Notes: a model not told the origin generated them from the sequence alone. A stretch of 64,000 bases of DNA from an uncultured Phycisphaerales bacterium (GCA_963772725.1 CAVYYI010000003.1:640001-704000); one strand, 5' to 3'; positions 42,743 through 53,608 are shown, counted from the first letter of the stretch. Made by a program: numbers and translations.

Positions 42743-43027
42743 TTTATAGTTTTCTGGCCGTCTTTACAGCATACCTACTTTGTTATATGAAAATACCGCT
42801 ATCAAGAATCTATCCCATTAAGCAATAGGATATTATACACAAAAGTATAACAAAAACAAAGGATTTTTACAAAAAATTTTCTGCCTTAAGTGAATAGGAG
42901 CCTTTAATCCGTCGACAACGCTCAATTAAATCTGCACCAGATGCACCAGTGATTCCCTATTAATCATATTATTTACTCATTTTTTGCTTCGCGATAGGTA
43001 TAAAATATTAATAATAATAGGAAATCA

Positions 43028-44452
43028 TTAGGACAACTGGGACACTTGGGACATCAAGCCATAATAAATCCATTCACGAGTTCCGATATTAAGTCGTTTC
43101 CGTTCAACGTTTGGGAATAATCTTCTGACGTGGTGGCCGAAAGATGCTGAGCCCATAGGCAGGCAGCCGGATTCGGCGCAGTAGGTTCGGTAGGCGTTAT
43201 AGACATCTTTGCAGGGGATAAATCCGCCGTTGTCGCTGGCTTTGTAAGTTTCGAGCAGAAACGCCCTTGCGGGGTCGGACTCTCTTCGGTAATTTTCCAT
43301 AAGCTCTTTATTAGCCTGCGGAATGACAAAGCCGCTCTGATTGAGTTTGGCCAGGCCCTCAAGCGCCCAGTTCAAAATCCCGGGCAGGCTCTCTTTGAGA
43401 ATCTCAGCCAGCTCTTTTATCTGTGCCTTTTCGTCAATAATCTTATCGAACGGCACAAGTAGAATCCGCCGCCATATCGCGTTGGTCTTATCATTAAATC
43501 GCGGCAGGGAATTCGTGCTAATCATCAGTTTCGCCGTCGGGACAAAGCTGACCGCGTCCTTGAACTTCCGTTCGGCCATCAGTGTATCGCCCGCGACAAA
43601 AGATTTTATGTTGCTCTCGGATTCCTCCTCGATGATGTGGCTTGACTCGTGCGTGATATTGACGACCTTGCCGATGGTCTCATTCAAAGCGAACCGCTGA
43701 GCGAACTGCCGCAGGCCAATCTGGCAGCAATTTTCCCTGCCGACAAGCGCCTGTATAACCTCGAAGAAAACGCCCTTGCCGTTTGCGCCCTCGCCGGTGC
43801 AAAGCAGAAACTTCTGCTCCTTCAGGTCAGGCCTGAAAAGGTAACCGACCCATCGCTGCAAAAGGTCGATATACTCGCCGCGACCGAGCATAACATCTTC
43901 GAGAAATATCTCCCAGTCGGGACATTTGGCCTGCGGGTCGTAATCGTAAGGCAGCTTAACAAGGTTGAAATATCGCGGCGTATGCCTTGCCAGAAAAGAC
44001 TTGTCAAATCCGAGCTGCTTTTTATCCGTCATTAACAGGCCGTTTTTAACCGCAATAGTCGAAATCAGCCTTTCACGCCCATCGTCCCAGGTATTGAGCT
44101 CTCTGCCCTCAGGTATATGCACGCCCTCCATACCCGCAAGACACAGACTGATATTATTTATCAGATTGCTCGTTATCCGAATCCGCTGCGAGGCGTCGGC
44201 GGTTATCGAATTATTCAGGCAATGCAGATGTTTCTTAATCTGCGCGTTAATCTCCGAATCGGATATTCTCTTGTAACAGCCGTCCTTCCAGAGGTAAAAT
44301 TCGTTTCGCCACCATCGCAGCGTATAACCCGCCGCCTGCCGCTCCGCTTCACTTAAATTGTCACCGCCCGGGTCAAAGAAATATTCGCCGCCAAGCAGTC
44401 CCTCAGCCAGCATATCCGGGTCACTGTAAAATGATTGTAAGCTCTTATCCAT
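43028..44452 (-). CDS. phage/plasmid P4-family (D5-like) SF3 helicase lacking the primase N-domain
   Basis: YDYDPQAKCPDW, GEGANGKG, AERKFKD, STNSLP, AIWRRI, GILNWALEG. Confidence 0.88.
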   Translation of the reverse strand: MDKSLQSFYSDPDMLAEGLLGGEYFFDPGGDNLSEAERQAAGYTLRWWRNEFYLWKDGCYKRISDSEINAQIKKHLHCLNNSITADASQRIRITSNLINNISLCLAGMEGVHIPEGRELNTWDDGRERLISTIAVKNGLLMTDKKQLGFDKSFLARHTPRYFNLVKLPYDYDPQAKCPDWEIFLEDVMLGRGEYIDLLQRWVGYLFRPDLKEQKFLLCTGEGANGKGVFFEVIQALVGRENCCQIGLRQFAQRFALNETIGKVVNITHESSHIIEEESESNIKSFVAGDTLMAERKFKDAVSFVPTAKLMISTNSLPRFNDKTNAIWRRILLVPFDKIIDEKAQIKELAEILKESLPGILNWALEGLAKLNQSGFVIPQANKELMENYRRESDPARAFLLETYKASDNGGFIPCKDVYNAYRTYCAESGCLPMGSASFGHHVRRLFPNVERKRLNIGTREWIYYGLMSQVSQLS

Positions 44453-44740
44453 AATTTCGTCCTGCGTTGTGCGTATTGCGTATTTTCCGCACGACGCATT
44501 ACGCACCACGATTCTATTTACTTCATTTCTGATTCCCATTTGTCATTCCCACTGTTTTTTTACCGCGCAGTTTGCTGAGATAATTTTTAGCCACGAATTC
44601 ACACGAATTAACACAAATTTTAAAAAAATGTCGACAATCTTTTCCATTAGTGTCTATTTGTGTTTATTCGTGGTTAATTTAGCAAACCCGCCGTAAAACG
44701 GCGGGCTAACTATCCCCTATTCCATAAACCCTATACCCTT

Positions 44741-45313
44741 TTACTTCAGTTCCGCGACGAGCTGCCTTGTTTGCGCCGACTGATTACTCTGTGCCTGCTT
44801 AAAGGCCTCGACCGAATCGGCGTTTTGTTTCTTGAATAGTTCGTTGCCAGCGATGATTTCCTGCAATGCCTGCGATTTGGCCTTTGCCTGTTTCAAAAAT
44901 CCCGCAGCCTTCGCGCCGTAAACCCCGCCCAGAAGAGCCGACAGCCCGATTGCCAAATCAAAGATATTTCCAGCAACAGCACCGATATCAGGCCTATCGA
45001 GCGACTCTTTATTGGCCGAGTCGGCAAGCTGAAAATTCCCCTGCGACAAAATCTGCTCAACAGTATCGCCCGCCGGATATTCTTTCGGCAAACCATAATA
45101 CGAAACAAAAGCCCTGCTCTGCAGCTCCGACAACTGCGCCAAGCTTTGCAGCTTCTGCGAAGTCCCCTCCGTTCTGGCCTCCTCGGCAGCCGCTGCGGCT
45201 GTACGATTATGCAGCCACGCATTCTGCTTCTGTAATTCTCCAGGAGCAAACCGTATGGACTCACATCCGCAAACCAAAACTGATACCATCAATACCAAAA
45301 AACATTTTCTCAT
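44741..45313 (-). CDS. lipoprotein with internal TM and C-terminal coiled coil
   Basis: Lipobox VCGC, IGLSALLGGVYG. GGAGG RBS. Confidence 0.7.
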   Translation of the reverse strand: MRKCFLVLMVSVLVCGCESIRFAPGELQKQNAWLHNRTAAAAAEEARTEGTSQKLQSLAQLSELQSRAFVSYYGLPKEYPAGDTVEQILSQGNFQLADSANKESLDRPDIGAVAGNIFDLAIGLSALLGGVYGAKAAGFLKQAKAKSQALQEIIAGNELFKKQNADSVEAFKQAQSNQSAQTRQLVAELK

Positions 45314-45474
45314 CTTTTTGCCTCCTTAATAATAATATTTTAGGCCACAGATTTCACAGATTAACACAGATTTAATTTTTTTGTTTTTTAATCAGACTTC
45401 GGCGAGCTCAGTTGAGCCGTGAAATCAGTGTAATCTGTGGCTAATAAATTGTGTTTATTCGTGTTCATTCGTGG

Positions 45475-45741
45475 TTAATTCTGCACCTGTGCTTTTTCCA
45501 CCGCCCGCAGCCGATATTCATACGCGATATTGCTTGCGTTAAGCGATTCGAGTTTCTGCTGAAATTCCTTTTGGCTTTGCAAAAGCGTACCGACATCATG
45601 CCCAAGCATATCGAGCCGCCTCTGCAGATTTGTCCAGCTCGCGACAATCAAACTCGCCAGAAGAACAAGCTGAATAACCATCGAAAGATTCACCTGCCGA
45701 TTGAACCGCCACCTCTTAAAACTATTCTCCGCCATTTTCAA
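45475..45741 (-). CDS. small single-TM coiled-coil protein
   Basis: 88 aa, AGGAG RBS, inside the phage module. Confidence 0.65.
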   Translation of the reverse strand: MKMAENSFKRWRFNRQVNLSMVIQLVLLASLIVASWTNLQRRLDMLGHDVGTLLQSQKEFQQKLESLNASNIAYEYRLRAVEKAQVQN

Positions 45742-45813
45742 TACTCCTTAATTTCGCCGTGCGTATTGCGTATTTTTCGCACGACGCAATACGCATCACG
45801 CAATACATTTTCT

Positions 45814-46236
45814 TTACAGTTTCATAATAAACGCCAGCGCATAAAAGGGCGGCACAACATCTTTATTATCGGTGGTGCCGGAATCATAATTTTCAGCGGT
45901 ATCACCTGCCCCATCGGCGTAATCACGAACTCCGGATTCATCGTCCGTTGAGCCGCCAGGCCCCTGCGCATGTATGTGTCCATTGGTTGTAAAATCGTGA
46001 TTGTGAGACAAGCTGCCGCCCGCCTGCGAAAGCGAACCTGTCAAATTAGTTTTCGCGACCCCGCCGTCATCCTGTTTAGCGCCGACAATAAATTTATCCC
46101 GCAAGTCAGGCGTACTGCTGTTTCCATCGCACAGCACCCAGCCTGCCGGTATCGCCGCAATCGCCCCCGACCACATCACAATCACGCCCTTAGGCACAGC
46201 CCCCGACCTTCTGATTAACATATACCCTTTTTTCAT
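45814..46236 (-). CDS. phage tail-collar-like protein
   Basis: PKGVIVMWSG...IPAGWVLCDG...TPDLRDKFIVGA...PPFYALAFIMK. Confidence 0.85.
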   Translation of the reverse strand: MKKGYMLIRRSGAVPKGVIVMWSGAIAAIPAGWVLCDGNSSTPDLRDKFIVGAKQDDGGVAKTNLTGSLSQAGGSLSHNHDFTTNGHIHAQGPGGSTDDESGVRDYADGAGDTAENYDSGTTDNKDVVPPFYALAFIMKL

Positions 46237-46263
46237 AATTTGTCTCCTCTGCGGGAAATCCGC

Positions 46264-46917
46264 CTAATCTCGCCTGAGATTAAACGCCCCGCCCATTTTA
46301 ATAATATCCGCAACGCCATCTGTCCCTATATCAATAGCGACCCTGCACCGCTGTCTTAACTTTTCAAACTCGCCGCGATAATACAGGCTCTTTTCCCAGA
46401 GGTTGTCGCCCTTGTCACTTGCCAGCATCGCATAAACACTCGAAAGAATCGCGAAAACCGACAACTGCCTCAATACGCTCTTATCCAGAATATCCTCCGC
46501 GCCGTAATCACTCTGCGGACTGCCCGGCTTTAGTCCGAAATACTCCGTCAGCCTGTATCCAGCCTCACTTGCCTGAGGCGTAAATGTACTGACCCGATAC
46601 GTTATATTCCCTGCCGCTGCTGGCGAAATCGCCTGTGCCTGAGCGTCTGAGCGTATTACAGAAACAGTCAATTGTGTCGCCGAATCTACCGAAATTATCT
46701 CGAACGCCCCGTTGAGGCTGCCATCCTGCGAAACAAGATTTATCACGCCACCGGCCATAACCTGCGCATTAACAAAATCCGCGCCAGCAGCGGTAAATGT
46801 CGTGCCGCTAAGTACTCCGCCGGTTCCGTGTGCCAGCACCTGCCCGGGCAAATGCAAATCCCCGAACAGTATCGGCTCATATCTCAAAATATCGCAATCA
46901 TCAGAAAAACAAACCAT
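46264..46917 (-). CDS. putative head-completion/adaptor protein with beta-rich insert
   Basis: Directly after the capsid gene. Helical C-terminus ending DIGTDGVAD...LRRD. Confidence 0.5.
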   Translation of the reverse strand: MVCFSDDCDILRYEPILFGDLHLPGQVLAHGTGGVLSGTTFTAAGADFVNAQVMAGGVINLVSQDGSLNGAFEIISVDSATQLTVSVIRSDAQAQAISPAAAGNITYRVSTFTPQASEAGYRLTEYFGLKPGSPQSDYGAEDILDKSVLRQLSVFAILSSVYAMLASDKGDNLWEKSLYYRGEFEKLRQRCRVAIDIGTDGVADIIKMGGAFNLRRD

Positions 46918-47066
46918 TCCATTACCCCTCTATTAATTATTACAAATCAAAAAATTTTTAACCACGAATTCACACGAATTAACACAAATTAAAAAGTAAT
47001 TATCAATAATCAATTTCATCAGTGTCCATTCGTGTTCATTCGTGGTTAATTTATTTCCCCGGCGTT

Positions 47067-48220
47067 TTAACTTGTCGAAAGATTGCGAATCACTCCGTGA
47101 GCCGCCTCGTTTTTCATTTCCAGCGTGTATTCGCCAATCAGTTCTCCGCACTCGTAATCACCGCCGCTTGCCAAAGGCTTGAAATGAAAACTGCGCCCGC
47201 CAGAGGCAATACGCTTATCCTCGACGAATCCAGAAACAAAATAGCGTCCTGCGGCATCCATCGCGTCGTAACAATTCTGCACACACCGAAGTCACTCTCG
47301 TAAACGCTCACCATATCCGTGAACGTGGTATCGTCAGCCGCGAACATCCTGCTGTCCGAACAAAACGCGTTTATCCTGCGCTTCTGGAAACCGCCCACAA
47401 CAATCAAATCGACGCTGCTGTTGCTGTTTTCCCATATGCGCCTCAGAACATAATTGAGCTTTGTCTCATCGAGGTCGTTGCCGCTGGGAAATCCGCTGTC
47501 GCCGGTGTGAAAAATATTCGTTGAGAGATGCTGCATAATCCCTCTCATCGACCTTCTGGCCGAATCGCTGCCCTGCGGATTGCTCGAAGGCTGCCCGCCG
47601 TTTAGTACCGTGTTCTCCAAATCGCGCAGCAGCTCCCGCAATCTTTCCTGCTTCTGATAGTCCATCTCGTCGGCCAGTCCAAGATGTCCCGCAGCCATAT
47701 CCGTCCCTGATACCTCCACCGCAGCGGTAAATATCTGCGTAAAATTCCCCTTCCGCACACGATTGGTGAACCTCACCGCGGGTTTATCATCGCCCTCCAG
47801 CGCCGCGTTTCCGAGAATATTGACAACCTGGTTATCCGCGAGGTTCTCCGCCGTAGTTCCCGCGTAGCCGCGAATCACTGTCAGCGTATTTGTGTTGATG
47901 TCCGTCACGAACATCAGTTCCTCGCTGCCCTCAATCTGTATCTGGTCGCCAATCCGGAACCTGCTTCCGTGGTCAACAACAAATGTCACGTCCACATCCG
48001 GGTCGGTGAATGTGCTGTCATTGACCGCATCCTTGTTCGGCAAAAGCTCATCTTCCATCCACTCGTGATTTGTGCTTCTCGCCTCGCGCATCGGGTCGCC
48101 CATCGCGTCCAGTAAAGGCGTCTCATAAGGCGATACTATACCAATCAAATCCGATACGTCTTCGGCCAACTCCGGCAGACTCGTCCCCGCTGAATACGTC
48201 GCTTTCCCTGTAAATCCCAT
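47067..48220 (-). CDS. phage major capsid protein (SU10/DUF5309-like, HK97 fold; frameshift near 47200)
   Basis: EDVSDLI...SPYETPLL, HEWMEDEL, NFTQIF, VSGT, VYESDFG. The tail IGEYTLEMKNEAAHG is in the next frame. Confidence 0.85.
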
Positions 48221-48316
48221 TTCCATTTTCTCCTAAAATAAAAATAATTCGTATCTCGTTATTTGTCATACCTGCGAAAGCAGGTATCCATTTTCTATAC
48301 CCTATACCCTAAACCC

Positions 48317-48733
48317 TTATAAAGCCCTTCGCAGTCTCAGATACTCATGCAAATCCGCCCTGCTTCCGCTCTTGGCCGCACGCCTGGCTGCCCTCTCAAG
48401 AGCCGTTTGACTGTTCTGTGTCTTATCCTTAACTCCCGCGGTTTTCCTCGCAGCGGCAAATCCTCTGCGTTCACCGCCAAACAGGTATTGCTTTTCCGCC
48501 TTGAGCTTTTCAATCACACCATCGGCGTCCGCTTCATTCAAACCCTCCATTCTTGCCTTTGCCACAAGTATCGCAGTCTCAAGGTCACTGGCTCCCGCTT
48601 CCGCGAGCTTACGCATCAGCACCTGCTCAGTTTTAATACCGTTCAACTGCGCCGCTGCCTCCGCCGCCTCCCGCTTTGCCTGCGCGAGCTGCTCCGCGAG
48701 AATCTCTTTTTCATCCGCACCATTGTTATCCAT
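48317..48733 (-). CDS. capsid scaffolding-like protein
   Basis: Helical and charged, IEKLKAEKQYLF motif, located between portal and capsid. Confidence 0.7.
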   Translation of the reverse strand: MDNNGADEKEILAEQLAQAKREAAEAAAQLNGIKTEQVLMRKLAEAGASDLETAILVAKARMEGLNEADADGVIEKLKAEKQYLFGGERRGFAAARKTAGVKDKTQNSQTALERAARRAAKSGSRADLHEYLRLRRAL

Positions 48734-48761
48734 AATTTCTCCTTTATTAAACCGTGTTAAT

Positions 48762-50416
48762 AAGCCTTTTGTAAAATTCATAAATATTTGTTAAATAACG
48801 ACTTATGTCATTATTTTTCTTGCAATCTCCTCCATTTTGGATATTATGTAAGCGTTGTCAGTAAAAGGACTTACAACCAAAATAAAGGAGATTTTTTTAT
48901 GTACCACGTTCAAACGTCACTATTTTATGACCTCCAGGAGCTTGTCAGAAATTCATCGCTGCTGCGAAAGTACTTCTATCTCTTTCAGGCTCTCGATATT
49001 TCCATTCTGCCCGACAGAAACTTCGGTGTCGGCAGAACAGGTCACTCACGACATGCCATCCTGAGAGGCACTCATCGTCAAACATCTTCAGCAAATAAAA
49101 TCTGTCCCTGAGCTTATCGAATATCTTCAAGCCAATCCGCCTCTGCTGGAACTGTGCGGCTTTACGCTCGGGAATATGCCGGACGAATCCCAATTCTATC
49201 GTTTCTTGGCAGATACCGATAACTCTGTTCTCAAAGAAATTCATTACCGTCTAAATCAGCGGCTTATCGAACAGGGATTAGTCAGCCTTGATACCTTGAT
49301 CATTGACTCCAAACCTGTTATGGCTGCCACAAAAGAAAATAATCTCAAAAATCCCGCCCGAAACACCACCGATAAAACCAAGACGCCCACTCGAAATCCT
49401 GCTGCAACATTGAGCTATTATTCTTGTCAGGTCCTCAACGGCAAAAAGGAAAACATGCTGTTCTTCTGGGGATACAGGACACATGTCATAATCTCAAAAC
49501 AAGGAATATCGCTTGTTGAAATAACTCTGCCAAACAACACCACAGACCAGCAGGTTGCCTTCAAGCTGCTTAAAGAACTCAAACGCAGATACAGGGTCAG
49601 AAAAGGCTTTCTGTTTCTTGCGGATAAGGCCTACGATGTCAGAGACCTGTACACCTTTATAGTTGGAAAGATGAAGGGAAACCCATATATCCCAATCAAC
49701 CCAAGAAATCAGAAAGATGACAAGACTTTTGGCCCTCACGGCTGTCCCATCTGTGATGCTGGTCTTGAAATGAGGTCGACCGGAAGATGGACCGAGGGCA
49801 ATCGTGAACGCATCAAGTTTCGCTGCCCCTTAAAGGTCAGCAAAAAGACTGCTGAAAAACTTAGTAACACCTGTCCGGTAAACCTTCCATCCTTCAATAC
49901 CGGCAAATGCTACGGCTGTACCAAGTACATTGATATCACTGAAGATGCACGTTCGCGTGTCCCAAGGGATTCAAGGGAATTTAAGGAAACTTTCAAGCAA
50001 AGAGAATCAGTCGAGCAATACTTTGCTCGGTTAGGAGACCGTGAAGCTGAACAGACTACGCACTATTCATTGAAAACCGTGCGTAATCAGATGACAATCG
50101 CTCATCTGACGGCAAGTCTTATCGGCGTTGCCGCTGCTATATTGCTTAAACAGCCCGGGAAAATGCGTTGCCATAAAACATTCGCACAAATACCAAACCG
50201 ACGCAAGGCCGGCTGATGTCTCAGTTGACGTTGAACGATTAACTTTTCAAAGAGCTAAGACAGAACTCTCGGGGATACTCTGTCTCTAAACAGGCCTTCT
50301 GGCCTTAAAAAAACCAAAATTCACACTCATGCTGCAATAATCCATCAGTTCCACTGCCATTGCGTTGTTTATCCGTTCCGACCTCTGCTAAAAATCATTC
50401 ATTTTGCAGAAGTCTT
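48762..50416 (+). mobile_element. IS1182/IS5-like (IS4-superfamily) insertion sequence with 13-bp target duplication
   Basis: IRs AAGCCTTTTGTAAAAT / AAGACTTCTGCAAAAT. AAACCGTGTTAAT at 48749-48761 and 50417-50429. Confidence 0.85.
48899..50216 (+). CDS. DDE transposase (frameshift near 49070)
   Basis: IIDSKP, WGYRTH, LADKAYD, RESVEQYF and a Cys-rich insertion. Confidence 0.85.
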
Positions 50417-50471
50417 AAACCGTGTTAATCTGTGTAAATCCGTGTCAAAAAATAACCGCGTTAATCTGTGT

Positions 50472-51997
50472 CTAATGAATTGTGTCGTACCCCAGTTCCC
50501 GCAGTATCCTTTCTTCCGGCACACCCAGTTCTTTTTTGATTCTCGCCTCTTCGAGCTTCTCCATCGTGTTCTCAGGCAGAGGGTCAGGGAAAACAATGTC
50601 AATATCCCTGTCCGCCGCCGCGTTTTTATAAATGTTGGCCTTATCAAGTATCTCCAGAACCATTCCGCTTATTTTTTTTATGCCCTGACCGTAAGTGAAC
50701 TTCTTGCGGTCGGTCTTGGCCAGCATCCCCATCAGCGTCAACTGCAGCGCAACAGCACTTGTCAGGTTGCCGAGCTTACCCTTGATTACTCCGCCCAATA
50801 AAGGCGTAACCGAACTGGTCTTATCCATCGCCTCTCTTATCTCCGCGATATGCGCATCCTCGCTCGGCGCCGCCGCGTCGCCTCCAAACTCTTCGATACT
50901 CGCCTCCGGATTATCCGTACACCACATCCTGCCCGGCGATACAGGCCTGCCCTCGAACCCCTCAATCCCCTTGGCCAGGTACATCTTGAACGACTGAAAC
51001 GTTATCCTGCTTGCCCTGTCGCTCAGCCGCGTATTAAGCTCATCCTGCAAAGGTATCAAAGGCTCAACATCGCTTTGCCCCTCGTAATAATAAGGCTGTG
51101 CGATATTCTGAATATGCACCACCGGCAAAAATCCCCATGGCAGCTCACCCTCCGCCGCGAGCTGGCCGTTCTCGTATCGCTGCCACGCCCCTTCCGAGGT
51201 AATCTCCGTTATATCCGCCGTCTGCCGCTGGTCAATATTCTGTCTGCTCTGCGACAATAACCGGCCAAGATGCGTATCTCTTTTGCCCGCGCATTTTTCT
51301 TCTGATAAAAATGCTGTACGTAATACTTGATTTTCCTGTAATCGTTTTCATCCAGAACAGGCAGTGCCCTCGGTGCTTCAATCAGTTCCAGTGTGATTGT
51401 CTGTGCTGCTTCGAGCACCTTTTCAAATCGAGGATTTTGTGAAGTGAGAGAGACATGTTCTGTAATTTCCATGTCAGGCCTGACAAAACAATCCACGAAA
51501 CCATAAACACTTCCGAGCACCGCCATATCCTGAAAAAATCCAATACCGCCGTTAGCCGCAAACACCGCCTTTAATATCGATTCGATTTCTGCGCGTTTTT
51601 GGCTATCCGGCGCTCTCGAAACAAACCCTATCGGCTTACCGAAAAGAAAATCCACCGCCGCGTTCACTCGCCATGCGATGTCATTTTCTATTACCACTTC
51701 TTTTCGCTGAATATCGCTTACCGCCTGCCCGCCGAAAATTCCCCCCGCCGCTGAATGTGTTACTCCTGTAATTCTCGCCGGCAGTCCGTACTCCTGAGCC
51801 TGAACATAACTTCTGCTCGATTCATTAATTTTCCGCACAGCGGTATTCGCCCCATAGTTATCTTCCATACGGTTGCTGTAATATTCCCACAGCTTTGAAA
51901 AATGATTCGCGATACCCGCTGAATACTCTTCAACAAGCCATTCGACAAATTCCGCGTCAAGACCGCTGTCTCTGAAAATCTCAAGCTCATAAGCCAT
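50472..51997 (-). CDS. phage portal protein (SPP1 gp6-like; frameshift near 51265)
   Basis: VDFLFGKPI, LPVVHIQN...GQSDVEPLIPLQDELN, GNLTSAVAL, IVFPDPLP. Confidence 0.85.
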
Positions 51998-52443
51998 CGC
52001 ATTACTCCCGTCTTTGCCTTTCAATCCAAAATCTAAAACCTGTGGTGAGCCTGTCGAACCCATCCAAAATTATTTGGCCTCTATAAGTGCCTGTACCTGC
52101 GTTTTTGAATCGAAAATTTTGCCCTTTTTTGATGCCCTCGAGCTGTAAGTCCTTGTAAAATAAGGCCAAAAAAAATTTTAAAATTCCCGTTTTTACTCTA
52201 AAACTACCTGCATTTTTGATTGAAATTTGTTAATCTGGGTAAGATTTTTCTATGCCCTGCCCCCTATACCCCGCCGGTTAATAAATAATTTTTATAAAAA
52301 AAAGATGGACAAGGATATGTTTAACGGGTAAACTGTTCCGGTATTAGACCGGCTGGCCGGCGAAATTTAGAAAGTGTCCGCAAGCGTTGCGGCGATTATT
52401 GCCAGCTCGGGACCGGGAAATTGTTCCTTTAAAGGAGAACAAC

Positions 52444-52824
52444 GTGAATATTTATGTGGGTAATTTGTCGTTCGACACAACCGAAACAGACCTCAAGTCG
52501 GCTTTCGAGCCTTTCGGTGAAGTCAAGGAAGTCCGCCTTATCATGGATAAGTTCAGCGGAAAGTCAAAGGGTTTTGGGTTTATCGAGATGCCTTCTCAGG
52601 AAGCGGCCCAGAAAGCCATAGCTGAACTCAATGGCAAGGACATGCAGGGTCGGGCGATTAAAGTTAATGAAGCTAAGCCGAAAACCGAAGGCGGCCCAAG
52701 AGGCGGCGGTAGCCGTGGCGGCGGTCGTGGTGGTTTCGGTGGCGGCGGCGGACGTGGCGGCAGTCGCGGTGGTTTTGGCGGCGGCGGTGGTGGTCGCAGC
52801 GGCGGCAGAAGCGAAAGATACTAA
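52444..52824 (+). CDS. RRM RNA-binding protein with Gly/Arg-rich tail
   Basis: RNP2 IYVGNL and RNP1 KGFGFIEM. GTG start after AGGAG. Confidence 0.93.
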   Translation: MNIYVGNLSFDTTETDLKSAFEPFGEVKEVRLIMDKFSGKSKGFGFIEMPSQEAAQKAIAELNGKDMQGRAIKVNEAKPKTEGGPRGGGSRGGGRGGFGGGGGRGGSRGGFGGGGGGRSGGRSERY

Positions 52825-52861
52825 AATCTGTTCGCCTCGAAATTAATCTCGAAAAAAAGAA

Positions 52862-52900
52862 ATGAACCGGACTATAACTTTAGCCCGGTTCGTTTTTTTT
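52862..52900 (+). terminator. intrinsic terminator
   Basis: GAACCGG...CCGGTTC followed by a T-run. Confidence 0.65.
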
Positions 52901-53133
52901 ACCTTTATTCATCGCCTCAAAAAAATCCCGCCCCTTTCCGGCGGATAATTAGCCCGCCGTCAAACGGCGGGTTCTACCACCTACAATGCGATAAATCCTC
53001 CCCAACCATAAGGCAGGAGTATTAACCACGAATTACACGAATAAACACTATCAAAAAACAAGCCGCAGATTACTTAACCCGCATATGTAATATTTGTTAG
53101 GGACAGGCATCATTACATCTATTGCAAAACCTG

Positions 53134-53520
53134 TCACTGCAACCAGTCTCGAACCGCCGATATGCCAAGCACTATCACAACAGCACCAAGAAGAATGGCA
53201 GCAAAAACAAATAATGTAAATCTATTTATTACAGATCTCATTGATTTTTTGGGAGTCTTTAGAGCAAAGACGTATCCTTCAAGAATACAATTCAAAGATA
53301 GTGCCATACATGCTAAAGCCATAACGGCCTCGGCGGCGGCTGAAATTTTAGGCGGTACTCGATTCCCAGAATGTTGTGGATTAAATAAACCTGTCAATAC
53401 CGTCCCAAAAATAAGAATTCCTACTCCAAGTAAAAGGCCAAGTTTAAAGACTAGCCACAAGGCATAATTTACTTTACTAGAACGCCATAACTCTTTGTTT
53501 GGGATTTTTGGGATTTTCAT
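53134..53520 (-). CDS. three-TM hypothetical membrane protein (cassette-like)
   Basis: Hydrophobic segments, flanked by GGGACA motifs. Confidence 0.65.
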   Translation of the reverse strand: MKIPKIPNKELWRSSKVNYALWLVFKLGLLLGVGILIFGTVLTGLFNPQHSGNRVPPKISAAAEAVMALACMALSLNCILEGYVFALKTPKKSMRSVINRFTLFVFAAILLGAVVIVLGISAVRDWLQ

Positions 53521-53608
53521 ATCAACTACCAGGATTTTTCCGGGGATTTTCCCGGGGACACCATACTTAATTCCTTGCACCTTTATTACATAATTCCGGG
53601 ACAGTTCC

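Noticed and set aside
47190..51270. Programmed frameshifts in capsid or portal
   Set aside because: No clear slippery signals, conserved sequence continues in the new frame, and similar indels occur throughout the window.
43028..52063. Complete inducible prophage
   Set aside because: No adjacent integrase, repressor, terminase, tail or lysis cassette.
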